A stretch of 64,000 bases of DNA from Octopus sinensis (Eukaryota), in NCBI RefSeq assembly GCF_006345805.1, contig NC_042998.1:6076001-6140000 (forward strand), given 5' to 3'. Position numbers and translations under genes: made by a program. The notes under the pieces are model-generated. The model had not been told where the DNA came from and did no database searches. It worked only from the letters and a program-made list of their open reading frames with translations. Below, piece after piece: positions 62,684-64,000 of the stretch. Each line of letters begins with the position of its first letter. The first letter of the stretch is position 1.

Positions 62684-63071
62684 TTACTCTTTTACTTGTT
62701 TCAGTCATTTGACTGCAGCCATGCTGGAGCACCGCCTTTAGTTGAGCAAGTCGGCTCCAGGACTTATTCTTTGTAATCCTAGTACTTATTCTATCGGTCT
62801 CTTTTGCTGATCCGCTAAGTTATGAGGATGTAAACACACCAGCATGGGGGGGGGGACAAACACAGACACACAAATGTATACACACACACATACATATATA
62901 TATATATACATATACCCGACGGGCTTCTTTCAGTTTCCGTATAACAAATCCACTCACAAGGCTTTGGTCGGCCCAAGGCTATAGTAGAAGACACTTGCCC
63001 AAGGTACCACACAGTATGACTGAACCCAGAAACATGTGGCTTGTAAGCAAGCTACTTACCACACAGCCACC
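62684..63071 (-). mobile_element. SINE family A
   Basis: Near-complete copy in reverse. Confidence 0.9.
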
Positions 63072-63668
63072 CATACACATCAGATTTAAATATAAGTACT
63101 ACAATTAATTTTCCAGTTAAACCTTTCAAGGCAGTGCCCTATCATGGCTGCTATCCAATGACTGAATCAGATAAAACATAAGAGATAACTACAAGATAAC
63201 AAAAAGATATTGTGACAAATTCACATCAACAGAAGAAAGTAAGGAATGCAGACCACCAACATTAATTGTCCTGAACTGTAGGTTTTCACTTGGATAGGTT
63301 GCGCAATGCTTAGTTAATAGCTAATTATACTACTTCTCATTGTAGCATCTATATTTAATTAAAAGCTTCTACTCTTCCGCACATCACAGAGCCACTTGAC
63401 CTTTTCAAAATTCCCTGCCTAAGGCAACAGGTAATACATTCTTCATATCTAAATTAATATCCTTATAATATGAATGGATGGTTTAAGACTATCAGTGGGC
63501 AAACATTTGTCTTTTCTGAACTCAGTTCATAAGGACCTTATAAGTATTATTAATAACTGAAATACTTATAGTTTCAGAACAAACTGAAACATACCTTCTG
63601 TTAAAGAAATATTTCTATTGGCATTTTCACCTTTTATAAAGCAATTTACTAAACTGTTTAACTGTTTC

Positions 63669-63937
63669 CTGGCTTCCGTGCTGGTGGCACGTAAAAAGCA
63701 TCATCCGATCATGGCCGTTCCCAGCCTCGCCTGGCACCTGTGCCAGTGGCATGTAAAAAGCACCCACTACACTCACAGAGTGGTTGTCATTAGGAAGGGC
63801 ATCCAGCTGTAGAAACACTGCCTGATCAGACTGGAGCCTGGTGCAGCCCTCTGGCTTCCCAGATCTCGGTTGAACTGTCCAACCCATGCTAGCATGGAGA
63901 ACGGACGTTAAATGATGATGATGATAATGATGATGAT
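63669..63937 (+). mobile_element. Family B (RTE 3' end)
   Basis: Family match, (GAT)n tail. Confidence 0.85.
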
Positions 63938-64000
63938 ATTCTGCATAATGACATCATTCAGAAAATATGACTTCAAGATAATGATTTCAATAATATCTAA

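Overview
AT-rich, repeat-saturated eukaryotic genomic DNA. The SINE and microsatellite landscape points to an octopus (coleoid cephalopod) genome; this is inferred from the sequence style, not verified. There is no intact long ORF, and almost every entry in the ORF track is a SINE or microsatellite artefact. Two candidate spliced exons at the far left (74-136, 2010-2029) suggest the window is largely intron or intergenic sequence of an unidentified + strand gene. The rest is a layered mobile-element record. It includes at least four tRNA-derived SINE families (local labels A, C, G, H) and dozens of 5'-truncated 3' ends of an RTE LINE (family B, linked to its ORF at 33.8-34.7 kb). It also holds RTE, CR1/L2-like and R4/Dong-like LINE ends, a full-length decayed mariner, mariner-, piggyBac- and Merlin/MULE-like MITEs, two Helitron pieces, and Penelope-like fragments carrying minimal hammerhead ribozyme motifs. 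The most notable signals are the hammerhead at 46959-47004 with two non-canonical relatives, a 184-bp fold-back inversion at 48717-49092, (TAA)n-targeted retroelement stacks, a LINE-SINE shared 3' stem-loop with covariation, and several readable nested or dimeric insertions.
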